This document shows positions 33,331 through 57,796 of a stretch of DNA of 64,000 nucleotides, piece after piece. The position numbers and the translations under genes are program-made. Position 1 is the stretch's first letter; each line of letters begins with the position of its first letter. Source of the stretch: the human T2T-CHM13v2.0 reference genome, Homo sapiens; the NCBI RefSeq assembly GCF_009914755.1, contig NC_060926.1; one strand, written 5' to 3'. The notes under the pieces were generated by a model that saw only the letters and a list, made by a program, of their open reading frames with translations, had not been told where the DNA came from and searched no databases.

Positions 33331-33876
33331 GTAAGCGCTGGGGCAGGTGGGGCATTGGGCACACCAGACCCTGTGGTTAGGAAGCACACCTTGAGCCGCC
33401 TTTGGCTGGGAGGGGATCATGAGAACCCCTGGCGAAGGTGGAAGTGTGGCTTTTTCTTTGGTTCTGAAAAGCCCGCACAACCTTGTAAGGGTGGGATTGT
33501 TTGCACAGCCATCAGGATTTTGCCTACAGAGCGCTCGCCCTGGAAGATAAAATGTAGTATAGTTCTGTGATTGTGTCTTTTGGTAGCTTTTAGAGTGACT
33601 TACAGTGCCCCCTTCTGTTCACATTGCAGTAGACGTTTCATCCTTTTTTTTTTTTTTTTTTTTTAAAGAAAACATGCATTCATTCACATTTAGTAAATGT
33701 ATCTTACCAGTGTGACTTATGTTTATGTGAGAAAAGGTCTGGCCAAACTATAGAAAAGTTCAAATTCTAAAATATTTTTTAAAAGAGTATAGTTTTCTTA
33801 CCTCTGAGAGTAGTTTTTAATTTAAAGTAAGTCACACAAGAAACTATGCTGACCTAATGATCTCTCTGTTGTCTAA

Positions 33877-34085
33877 CCAGCTCTGTCCAATATAATTTTT
33901 TGCAATGGTGGAAATGTTTGTTGTCTGTCCATTAGGGTAGCCACTGGCTGCTCACACTTGAAGTGTGTGGCTAGTGTGCCTGAGGAACTGAATTTTACAT
34001 TTTTTAGTATTTGAAGTTTAAATAGCTCCATGGGACCTGTGGCTGCCCTGCTGCGCAGCAGTGGTCTGAGTGTTGCTGGATAGAC
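33877..34085. mobile_element. MER3-like hAT DNA transposon remnant
   Basis: CAGCTCTGTCCAATATAATTTTTTGCAATGGTGGAAATGTT...GTGTGGCTAGTG resembles MER3 (from recall). Confidence 0.6.
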
Positions 34086-34860
34086 AATCGCTTCAGTAGG
34101 TGAGGGCACCATTTCTCAGGTGTTCTGTGAGTTTGTGTTCTGTTGCTCTGATCGTGGTAGCCTCCACGTGTAGAATAAAGTGCAGTCTGGTGTTCAGACA
34201 TTATAAGAGGAACTCTACTACTCCATTCTACTGAGTGGCTGCTTGCTTTGAGGATAAAGCCAAACTTGGCCCATGAGGTACTCACCTCTGCCCATTCAGA
34301 AACAGCCTCCCCAACATTCTATGTCTGGTTCCATATTTCCACCCTTCCCTCTTGGCCCTCTGCCCATCTCTACTTACTGAAACCCTCTGAGGGCCTTCCT
34401 AGGATTAGTTATTAGATTGTTTCTTTATCTTCCTTCTTTGATCCTAGTGGTTTATTGTAGGTCTTACTATAGTCTCCCTTTGTTTTTTAGTTAGTTGTAT
34501 ATCTCACCTGGATATATTCCTGGTGCTTGATAAAAGGGCCTGACACTAGTCAGTAAATGAGGGTTGGTTGTTTGCATGGCAGATGGACGTGGGGCTGTGT
34601 CAGGGAACGGGTGTTTCTGAGGGGAATTGACCTGCCTGCCTCTTTTAATGGGCTTGTTGACTTGGTGAGCTCTGCATTTCACCGGGACTCTCCAGGGGAA
34701 CTTTGCATTACACCAGAGCACGGCTTCCAAATGTTGGAGGTGACTGAATGAAGTTTTACCGTTTATTTGGTTTACCTTGGTAGAAGTACTGACAGAATGA
34801 CCTGCAGTGATTGAAACAAGTTGCTTCCATGTTTCCTAAAGTACTTCCAATTCAATAACA

Positions 34861-35536
<676 letters not shown>

Positions 35537-35623
35537 TTACCTTGGATAAGATTGCTTTTTGTATATATTTCTGCCAACCTGAAAAATATTTAAATTGGAG
35601 TAAGGTAGAGTGAATAGATGCTA

Positions 35624-36700
<1,077 letters not shown>

Positions 36701-36964
36701 CTTGTACTTCGCCTGATTTATTTTTAAATATATTTTGAAAGATTAGCTTGAAATCTTTGGGTGCTAACATAGCTGCATCTTAAGTGTGGGAGGAATAAAT
36801 GCCTTTTGGAGGATTTCTTGACCCAAATCATCCAATTCCAGAGTAATAAGATACCACTTTCTTCTGAGTTTGATGAACACGATTTTAAAATGACATGAAT
36901 TAACCCCTTGAATAAGGTGCTTAGCGTTTCCTTTCTCTTTAATATGTATTTTCTCACCTCACAG

Positions 36965-37245
36965 GGGAGAAGCCTTTCAACTGCAGCTGGGATGGCTGTG
37001 ATAAAAAGTTTGCTCGTTCGGATGAGCTGTCACGCCACCGCAGAACTCACACAGGGGAGAAGAAGTTTGTGTGCCCGGTGTGTGACCGACGTTTCATGCG
37101 CAGTGACCACCTGACGAAGCATGCCCGGCGCCACATGACGACCAAGAAGATCCCAGGCTGGCAGGCAGAGGTTGGCAAGCTGAACAGAATCGCCTCTGCA
37201 GAGAGCCCGGGGAGCCCACTGGTGAGCATGCCAGCCTCTGCCTGA
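36965..37245 (+). CDS. KLF11: KLF11 coding exon 4: C2H2 fingers 2-3 and C-terminus (...VSMPASA*)
   Basis: Acceptor CTCACAG at 36964, phase 1. Encodes [56 protein letters not shown]; TGA at 37243-37245. Exons sum to 1539 nt (512 aa). Confidence 0.97.
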
Positions 37246-39600
37246 AAGGTCCATTAGGACATCACTCATGGGATTTTTAAAAAGCCTCTTTCCAGGAATG
37301 GAACTGATGGATTCCTCTCCCACTGCCTCACCCAAAAAAAACGGTCTTGGCGGCCTAGGGGAAGATCGGGGAGCTGGTTTTGATGAAAGTATGTTAACTT
37401 TTCTTTTCCACTTGGGACCCTGTTCAGTATCTTTTGTAGTTTCAGAAGTTTTTTTGTTTTGGTTTTTTTTTTTTAAAGAAATGGTAGAAAATTTGATAAT
37501 CTGAATCACCAGCATTCAAACAAATATTTCGGCAATAAAGTTTACAAAATCTGGATTTTTACAACCTTTTCTATTGATGTTTTGTAGAAATAAGACAGGG
37601 TACTAATTTTTATACTGGTTTTTAGAAAAATATTTATATTGTTGGTGCTCAAATCACCAATTTCTAGCTAGATCATTTTGCAGCCTTCTTTTCAGTGTTT
37701 AATAACAAAGTTTTTCCTAATGGCCCTTCTTTTAGTAAACTGGACATGTTATTCCACTACAAAAACCACAAGTTATCTGGCCTTTTAGATCTTTTTGGAA
37801 TCGGACCTGGTTGAGTAAGGACCTCTTAAAAGGGAAAAATAAATTTTGCCGTCAGCTTCTTCATAACGTTTTCAAGGAAATTCTAGGCAATCATTCCTGT
37901 CACCAAAGAACTAAAATTTTGGTTGACTGGAACTAGTGAGCTGTGTCCATGGTGTGTCATGAAGGATGTACCCCAGAGAGTAACATGAGCCACTGGGCAG
38001 ATCCCAGGGACCAGTACTTGCTGCAGGATCTAGTCTGTAATAGTCTTGGCCATGGCTCTGCTGAAAGCAAGCCATTCAGTTTCTTGTTTGTACCTAAAAC
38101 ACCAAAAAAGAAACACTCAAATCCAGCTGCTTTGTCAATTGTCAGTTCTGACTCCTTTTGCTGTGGCCTTATCCGTACTATATTGTGGGTAGAGTAACTT
38201 CTCAGAAAAAAAGGAAATGTCTGTATTGGTTGGATGAAACTCCACCAGAGCACAGCTTAGCTGGGGCGAGATGCATGTGAAGGCAGGCAGTGCCAAGATT
38301 CCGCTTCCTTTGTTTGCCAAATACTAGAAACACAAGGAAATGCAAGTTACGCTAAATGGCAGTAATACTACCCAACTGCCTTTCTGTTCATTTTGTTTGA
38401 AGGAAATTGTTTTGACCAAACAGAAAATTACTTGGAATGGTGTGTTTTACAGTCTACCTAGAAAATAGATGGACAATATTTTTCAACTGTATGAGCACGT
38501 AGATAACCGAGAGAATGTGGCCACCTGTGTTCAAGAAGCCACTGATACTGGTTTTTGTTAAACATTGGAAGTTCAGGCAATGGAATAAATGTAGGAACAT
38601 ACAGAATGTTGCACTAATTTGGTAGCCTGGGAATTTTTTTTATTGTGCAGTATGTATTTAAATTTTGTCTATGTTAATTACCAGCATTTACCTTTATTTA
38701 AATGATGGTAAGGTGGAATATTGAATAAAATTAGGTTTTGTGTTTTGTTCTTTGTAGTCTGATAAAATCTCCACCTGGTCATTCATTGTGTGTGACTTGA
38801 TACCCGTTAACTTGCCCCTTAGTATCAGCTGTTACTTGACACAAATGTGTGTGTTATTCAGAGGTTTTCAGTCTGGACACTCCATAGGTGAGTGTCGTGT
38901 CTTCGTGAGACAGCACAGTTGTCTCATGTTGTGCATAGTTCATGTTTCCTCACCACCCAGTCCTTTCTCCTGCTCATCAAAATCAGCATACACATTTTTG
39001 ACTGTACACACTATAAATGGCATCAAATTTGGATATTTTTCTTAATTATGACATGCAAAGTAATGTGAGTCCTGCCAGTATTCTGGTGGATAAGGTCTTC
39101 TGAGTATTTGGTTGCTTGTCACAACATTCTCCAAGCAGTGATATTTCTAAAGAGGAGATACATGTTGAAAACGGTTTTAATTTACACTTCCATTTCCTGA
39201 TTACATTTGGAAATACTTTGTGTAAACCATCCCCCTTCCACCTCCATTTGTCTGTTGAAAGATTTTAAGTTGGAAACAGTTCCTGTCTGAAAACTCTTCT
39301 GAGAACCACAAACCTTGTGTATGGATTCGGCATGGAGCCCTCAGCTGGCGGCTCTGGGTGCTGACGGCCGCTGGAGAGGTGGGCTCCCCTCGTGCACTTT
39401 ATTGCCTGGGCAGTTTTGCTTGATCTTTTGTGACTTTGAGCCTTTTAAGTAGTTTGAATGATAAGACTTAAAATGTTTCATAATTATGTTTTATGTAACA
39501 GACTTTGACATTATTTAAACGAGCATGTGTAATGTAACTTTTCTCTTTGAATCATATAAAACTTGATTTTACATTGGATGTGTGTCCTGTGTCATTTAAC
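37246..39600 (+). other. KLF11: KLF11 3' UTR (distal end approximate)
   Basis: AT-rich and free of obvious repeats up to the Alu monomer near 39760. AATAAA at 37534, 37838, 38584, 38724; TATAAA near 39555 is followed by a GT-rich tract. Confidence 0.75.
38724..38757 (+). terminator. Candidate KLF11 poly(A) signal with a GU/U-rich downstream element
   Basis: AATAAA followed by TTAGGTTTTGTGTTTTGTTCTTTGT. Confidence 0.55.
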
Positions 39601-40900
39601 TGTACCTGGTGGCCTAAGTATACCTAGAGACTTTTTGGAAGAATCTATAAAATTCATTGTGTATTGGCTCAAACTAAACCCTCCTCTTTGTTTTCTGGAG
39701 TTTTATTCTGTTTCTTTGGGTTCTTTGGAGGGTTCTTTCTGAAAAAAAATGTGTGAAGCGAGCTGAGTATGGTGGCTCACACCTCTAATCCCAGCACTTT
39801 GGGGAGTTGAGGCAGGAGGATTCCTTGAGCCCAGGAATTCGAGGCGGCTGTGAGCTATGATCATACCACTGCACCCTAGCCTGGGCAACAGAGCAAGACG
39901 CTGTCTCAAAAAGCCAACATGTGAAGTGGCCACTCTGGCAGTGGGTCTGGTCCAGACAGACCCAGTAGTGTGCCGGGTGACCCTGTGGCCGTCAGTGCTC
40001 GTGCCCTTCCTGTGCCAGGGGGTGGCTGCAAAGAGGTAGAATTGAAAGTGGTTTTCCAGCTACTCTGGAAGAAGTGCTTGGAAGTCTTCCATTATTTCCT
40101 TCCACCCCTGGCCCAGGATTGCAAAGTACATCATGGAGCCACAGGCTTCACTCTTCCTTCTTTTCCTTCCCAACTCTTAAAACTAAAGGCTGCCATATGT
40201 CCTCAGAAAACACAGCCCCTGCCCACCTTAGAAAGTCCGATTTGTCCCCAGGGGGTCCAGACCCTCACCACACAAAAGGTCTGATTACGGAGCCTCCTTC
40301 TAGAGGGAAGTATTAGAGCCGCAAGTGTGATTATCCCTCTCGTGGCAACTGACAAGACTTTTCTCCTGCCTCATTATTGCCAGAAAGGAAAAAGGAAAAA
40401 AAAAAAAAAAAAAAAGCCACGGATTCTCTCTTCCGTGAGGTGCTTGGCTACACTTCGACAGCCTTATGCTCTCCCATGTGCTCACACGTGCACGAGCGTG
40501 CCCCACTGCTGGGAACAGAGAATGCTCTCACGGATCCACCAATCAATGTCAGCAGCAGGTGTCCAGGCAACGTGGGTGAGTGGGGACAAGTGGCCCTAGG
40601 TCTTTGGAACAGCAGAGGAAAGTGTCTTAGAAAGGGCTGTCTCAGGGAGGCGCAGGGAACCTGAGCCAACAGCAGCCGAGGGAGGAGGTCCCTTTCTGGG
40701 TGAGGCTAGGAGCCCACGGGCCGGTGAAGAGAGACTTGGGAACACACATGTCAGGAGGAGGGCAACAGCAGGACTCTGCTCCTTCCCTAAGAAAACACAC
40801 CCAGCATTTCTCAGAGCCAGGGGTGGACAGTGTTTCCTCAGTTCCTGCGGCTTTGTAGCATCTTCGAGGAACTCTCATACTACAGAAACCAGAGACACAT

Positions 40901-41226
<326 letters not shown>

Positions 41227-41519
41227 TTAAGATTTTTCCAGACAACAACGTGCGTCATTTTTGCCTTTGAGATGTGTTTCTTTCTGCCTCCATTCCAGCC
41301 ACAGTCCCATCCTGGCAGTGAGCAAATCCCACACGCAGTTCTAGCAGGACGCTGAGGCTCAGCTGCAACATGGGGCAGCCAGGAAGATGCCTGAGGAGGT
41401 GCCAGGCACACAGGAGGCACTGGGACAGACTCGGGCCGGGCTGCAGGCTGCAGCAACGCCCACCCCTCTACTTCCAGGCACAGCCCCTCCGTCTCACAGG
41501 ACAGAGACAGGGCCGGCTC

Positions 41520-43595
41520 AGCGGCTGGTACACACTGCTTTATTTGTTCTTTTTATTATTATTTTTAAGTTCACCTACAGCTGCAGTACACACACACCGC
41601 TTTATTTGGCTAGCTGCTATTCAGAAGACACTTCCTGAATTCAGGAAAAATTTTTTTAAAAACCTGAGAACAATTCCTGTGACTTCTTAGCTTTGATGAA
41701 GTGCATTTACTTTGACATTGATATAGCTTGTAACTACTTTTGGAATTTTTTTCCCCTAACACTTTGATCTCATTAAGGGTATTACACCTTTTCCACCAGA
41801 AAATGCAGAGGTATCATCTTTCTTGGAAACCAATTGAAAGCGTCCCATTTTAACAAAATGACATAAAATTACAAACATTTACATGATTAAATTCAAAGCC
41901 TGATCCATCTGGTGGTAAGAAATGTTAACTTATTTTAAAAGATGTATTTGCATTATTAAAATATAGTAACGACTTCCATCTTTACATCAAAAGAAACGGG
42001 CTTGCATAAGCAATGGCTCCCAGCTCTGGGGAGGGTTTGAGCCACGCCCTTGCGGGGGCCGCTCCAAGCTCTGACTTCAAAAGTTGGAGTTTCCCAGCTG
42101 CGAACAGCTGGTCAAAGGCACTCTCAAAAGTTCAAGGAAATGCCCGTTTGCGGATGGCCGCAGCAGGCCTGTGGGGCTGGGGACAGCGCCAAGGAGCTGG
42201 CCGTTGGTTCCTGAGATGCTCCTGCTCTGCCGTGTTCTAAGGACCTGCGAGCTGGAGCTCTTCTCGGGAAAAAGAAAACGCTGGGGAGGCCTCCGTGTGG
42301 GCGGGTCAAGCCAGATAACCAGGCTTGTACTGGCTTCAGCAGAAGCCGCGCTGTTTCCTCCTTCCCCCTCTATCTCCTTCTTTCCCTTCTGTCTCCTCCT
42401 TCCCCCTCTGTCCTGATGCCCTGCAGGCTGCTGGGGAGGAGCCTGCCGCCTGCCTCCTGCCTCCCTAGACCGCTGTTCTCCCCACAGCTCTCCCCCGGAG
42501 CTGTCCCCCAGCAGGCCACACCTGGGCCCAGGCTCCAGACCTGCCCGCCCACACAGGAGTCCCCTCTAGCCGGAGCTCCGCCCCCTGTTCCCAGGGCGTC
42601 CTGGGCAGGTCAGTTTTCCCATCTGTCAACCAGGAACATTCCAAGGCTCTTCCTGCCTCACTGCTGTGGTTTCCCACCTTCCACCCAGGCAGGAAGAGAA
42701 TTTAAAAGCCCCGCAGGCACTGGCCAGGATGCCTGTGAGAGGGAGAACTGGAAAGCCAGTATCAGGCAGACCCTCTCCCGGTTGGACCTGGGCGCTGGCT
42801 CCCCGCAGGGAAGGCACTGCTGTGCCTGGGGCAGGGGACCAGCAGTGGCAGCAGTTCCAGATTGTCAGAGCTGGGGAGGGCCTCCAAGAGCTGCCAGAGC
42901 TGATTTTCCAGAGAGGGAAACTGAGGCCCAGAGAGGCAGTGACGAGCTCTACCTCCCACTGCAAGGCAGATCAGAGCTGGGGTTCTCGCTCCTCAAAGTG
43001 CAGTTGGGGCTTCGGAGCTCGGGCCTGGGCTGGGAGCTGGTTAGACGTACAGAACCTCAGGCCCTGCAAGTCAACAGCACCCCCAGGCTGCTCATTAGGG
43101 AGTTAAAGTTGAGAAGCACTAAGCTGACCCGGCCACCCCTGGAGAGATGGGCCCGAGACTGAGGGAGCAGCGCGGGTGCACCTTCCACAGCAGAACCTTC
43201 CGGAAGTGTTGTGGCGCGGATGCCAGGAGGGGCTCGCTTGTGTCACCTAGTCCTCGTGAGCCCTCCCCACTGTGGAGAGCGGGCAACCAAGAGGGGCACG
43301 CATTTCAGGCTCCAGAAGAACTGGGCAGGCTCCCCGCGTTGGGGAGGAGGCGCCGGCGGCCCAGGCCCACGCACCTGTGGGTCTACACAGCTAATCGCCC
43401 CCACCAGCAACCATGACCGCCAGTGGCTGGCCCAGGTCAGCGCGGTCTGAAAGTGGATTTGAAAGGGCAGCTTTGAATATCCGGGAGTGACTGCGTTTTG
43501 GAGGTGGTTCAGCTCCTGCTAGAGCTCTGTGCAAGCAGAGGGTGCCCCAGCCAGCAGGTGCCTCCGAGGCCTGGCGGGGGTGGAGCATGCTGTCC
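41520..43595 (-). other. CYS1: CYS1 3' UTR (about 2 kb)
   Basis: Lies between the stop codon and the poly(A) signal cluster. Confidence 0.75.
41539..41606 (-). terminator. CYS1: CYS1 poly(A) signal cluster (three minus-strand AATAAA)
   Basis: TTTATT on the + strand at 41539, 41552 and 41601, ending an AT-rich distal UTR. Confidence 0.7.
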
Positions 43596-43701
43596 TCAGC
43601 GGCAGTACTCCCGCTCGATGCTCGCCATCAGCCCCTCTTCCGAGTGGTCGTAGGAGATGGCTGCCGGCCTCTCGGGCTTCTTGCGACCGCTGCCTGGGGC
43701 T
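43596..43701 (-). CDS. CYS1: Cystin-1 last coding exon: (E)APGSGRKKPERPAAISYDHSEEGLMASIEREYCR*
   Basis: Minus-strand acceptor TTTCTGACCCACAG, phase 2, TGA at 43596-43598; matches the recalled human cystin C-terminus. Confidence 0.93.
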
Positions 43702-44157
43702 CTGTGGGTCAGAAATGGGACAGGGCTGTCAGGAGGCAGGATGGTGCGTTCACACTCATTTCCCCTGGCCACCACAATGGCTCCTAGTGGGCCCATCCTG
43801 AAACCCAAACCGAAGTCTTTGCCCTGGGACACCCTGTGGCGCTCTCGCCCAGCACATATCCACCAGCAGGCTTCTACTGCGTCCGCTTCATCTCCCACAA
43901 CGCTGAGCCCTCGCAGAGTGGAAGCCAGCACCTGCCCTGGTTGAGGGAGGACGGGCTCTGGGGTGGGAAGACCGAGCTTGAATCCCAGCTCTGCGGCTCA
44001 CCCGCGCGCCTCAGGCAAGGCCAGTGTGTCTCCGAGCCTCGGTGTTTTTTCTCAAGCACGTAACTTTATTCATGAGTCGTTCTGAAGCATAAGATAATGC
44101 ATGGGCAGCATGTGATGTGGAATCGAGCACACCACAGCCTTAATCAATGGGAATCAC

Positions 44158-49784
<5,627 letters not shown>

Positions 49785-50646
49785 CCTTCAAGCCATCTTA
49801 AACACCAGTTCTGACCTCCCCTGGAGCTCGCTGCTTGCATTTCCCGAGACCATGCCCCTCCCGGGCTGGGCCTCAGACCCGGCCCCTGCACTGCAGCCCT
49901 CAGCACCGCTGTGGGGCTCAGGGTAGGACCTCCCAGTGTCTGTTAAATAAGCGAGTTCAGCAGGGTTCCTGTCCTGAAATCATTTGTAATTAAGGACAAT
50001 GGCTAACATTTCCAAACTTTTTCACTCCCACAATCTTACCTGACAATCACCCACTCCCAGTGACCCCTTGCCACATTAGCTGGAGGTCAGCAAGCCAAGG
50101 GGGTGACCGGCCTGGGGTGGAAAGACATCCCTGGAGCAGACAGACAAGGCCTGGGCTCTGGGGTTGGGGGATTTTAAAGGAGGAAATGAGCCCAGGCTCC
50201 TCGCCTGCTACCTTCAAGGGTGTTCAGCGTGGTTCCCTGGTAACGTGCTGTGGAGCTGCAGGTGGGCCCGCTGCTGGCCCTGGGCTGCGAGTTCCTTAAG
50301 GGCTGTGTCTTGTTCCTAGATCTGGCCACAGCGCACAGCATGGCACCTGAATATTTTTGAATGAGTTACAGCACAAATAGGAAATGGGTTGGGCATGCCC
50401 TGGTCTGATCCAGGTCACGACCTTTTTTAGGAGGAAGAGCAAAGCTGCGGTGAGATGGTTAGCCTTCTGCAATCTCCTTGGCAGGACCTTCCCTTGAGGG
50501 CTAGGGCTTTGCATTTAGAGGGAGCTGCCTCTGGAAACCTCGTGAGGACCTGGAGGAAAGTGGGGGACAGGAGGGCTCTGAGGCTGGCTGGAGTCAACAA
50601 AAAGAACCCGTGGCTTCTGGGAGAGATGTGCCTCCCTGGTACTTAC

Positions 50647-50699
50647 TCAGAGACATTGCCGCTCCCCGGGTGGCCCTCTGTGCTCTGCTCTGCGCACAC
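50647..50699 (-). CDS. CYS1: Cystin-1 exon 2: VCAEQSTEGHPGSGNVS(E)
   Basis: Minus-strand acceptor TCTTTCTCAAG, 53 nt, donor GTAAGT (ACTTAC at 50641-50646). GA+A joins exon 3 in frame. Not called by the ORF track in this frame. Confidence 0.93.
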
Positions 50700-51004
50700 C
50701 TTGAGAAAGATGAAATGAAGAGACATTCAAAGATTGTCAACAGTGCAGCCTGCCTAAGGCTTTGGCTTTGTGTGGACAGACGATGGCCACCACTTTCAAC
50801 CCAGGATCCATAAGCCTCGGAGCGGAAAGGCTCTCGAGCTGTCAAGTTCCATCCACTCATTGCACAGGCAAGAAAACGGAGGCTGCAAAAAGAAAGCGAC
50901 TTGGAAAGCTCACACACAGAGCAAGTGGCAGAGCCAGGGCCAGACTTGCTGCCTCCCAGACGGCCACCCATGTGAGGGTTGTCTCTCACCCCCAGGGGTC
51001 ATGT

Positions 51005-51161
51005 GACCCACTGCCACCTAGCACGAGGGCACCCCGTGTGTCACCTCCAGGGATCTTGGGACCCACCGCCACCTAGCACGAGGGCACCCCGTGTGTCACC
51101 TCCAGGGATCTTGGGACCCACTGCCACCTAGCACGAGGACACCCCGTATGTCACCTCCAGG
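51005..51161. repeat. 55-bp tandem repeat, about 2.9 copies
   Basis: GACCCAC(T/C)GCCACCTAGCACGAGG... starts at 51005, 51060 and 51115. Confidence 0.92.
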
Positions 51162-51539
51162 AACCACGCGACCCCGACCCCACTCTAAACATTGCCCAGA
51201 ACCCTCTCCCTCCCCCACTGAAGTGCTTTCTCTTCATAAGGCCAGGACGTGTCTACACAGCATGTGGCTGCCGTGGATTCTATGGTCCGACAGTCCACTT
51301 GTCTACCCGTGCAGTGCCAGAACCACCCTGTCTCATTCCTGGCATCAGGCAAGCCTGGCTGTCCGCTAAAGCATGTCTTCCCAGCTTCTTTCTTTTTCCA
51401 AGAGAGTCTTGGTGATTCTTGGCTATTGGCACTTCCACGTACAGGTGCTGCTCAGCTTACAATGGGGTTACGGCCCGAAGAAAACATTGCAAAGTGGAAA
51501 AATCCTATGTTGAATCATCAAAATCAGGGACCATCTATA

Positions 51540-53100
<1,561 letters not shown>

Positions 53101-53534
53101 AGTTGATTATTTTTTGTCATTGGCAGCTTGTCATCATTGAAAAATTCCCTCTGGGTATTCTTTGAGGCCTAAGAGGCCTTCCTCCAGAGAGGGGATGCAT
53201 TTGCTTTTGTCAGGCACATAGCAGGCATCCCTGGTCTGAAACCACTTCAAATTAAATCTATACTTTCAAGTATTTTGGACCACCAGGTGATGAGAATTTA
53301 GGCTGCAAACATAAGAGGTGCCTGGGTTGAGCTTACAACTTCCTAGAGCTTGCAAGATCTTTCTGTTCAAAGGAAAAAACTTTTGGGTAAATAGGTGTAC
53401 ACGATTACAAAGAAACCCACTCCAACTGCATGTGCTAGTCAACCAGTTTTTGGTTCATAAATATAAATGGTCATAAAACGACTCACAAACATTTAAAGGG
53501 GGAGGGCACATGAAAGAATAATCAAGATGAACCA

Positions 53535-57130
<3,596 letters not shown>

Positions 57131-57491
57131 CAAAGGTTACTTTTTAGAAAATCCACTGCATATTTACCCAAAATAAAATATACAGTGGATTTCTTCTCCT
57201 GAAAGAGTTCTTCCATTAACTCTTAATTTTTAGCAGCTTAATATGTATGTATGTTCATACACCAGTTATATGTGTAATTGGCAGAACAATTCCATTCCTT
57301 TTATTCTATAGTATGGATACACTTCCCCCTTCCTCTTTCAGAATTATCCTTCTTTGAAGCCCAGGTTTGGTTTGTTTGGCTTTTCGGTTTTCTTAAGGAA
57401 ACTTGAACATGTACAGTAGAGAAACTCCTACAACGGCTCTCCTGGACCTGACCCAGCTTTCACAATTTTGCTAGTCTCGTTCTGTTGCTCA

Positions 57492-57505
57492 CCACCAGAG
57501 GGCAC
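57492..57505 (+). promoter_or_regulatory. Candidate CTCF site
   Basis: CCACCAGAGGGCAC fits the CCASYAGRKGGCRS core. Confidence 0.6.
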
Positions 57506-57701
57506 TGTTCTCCCCACACAGAGGCCAAGATCCCAGTGCCCTGGGGAAGCTCCACTGTAGGGCTTTGCAGGCAGCAGAAGCTGAGCAGTGCAGGTGGAGG
57601 AGCGGTGGGGGAGCGGTGCAGGCAGGCTGTGAGTCGGAGAGTGGTGCGGGTGGGCTCTGCGTAGGGGGGGATGGCGCAGGTGGGGTCTGCGCGGGGGAGC
57701 A

Positions 57702-57796
57702 GTGCAGATGTGTGGGAGCAGAGCAGATGTGTGGGAGCAGTGCAGATGTGTGGGAGCAGAGCAGATGTGTGGGAGCAGAGCAGATGTGTGGGAGCA
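57702..57796. repeat. 19-bp tandem repeat x5 (G[T/A]GCAGATGTGTGGGAGCA) within a degenerate G-rich array (about 57585-57895)
   Basis: Units start at 57702, 57721, 57740, 57759 and 57778. Confidence 0.92.

Noticed and set aside
42416-43162. 248-aa + strand ORF
   Set aside because: Antisense to the GC-rich CYS1 3' UTR, with no recognisable domain or splice structure.
43702-43931. N-terminal part of ORF 43596-43931 as coding
   Set aside because: It lies upstream of the CYS1 exon 3 acceptor and is intronic read-through of the frame.
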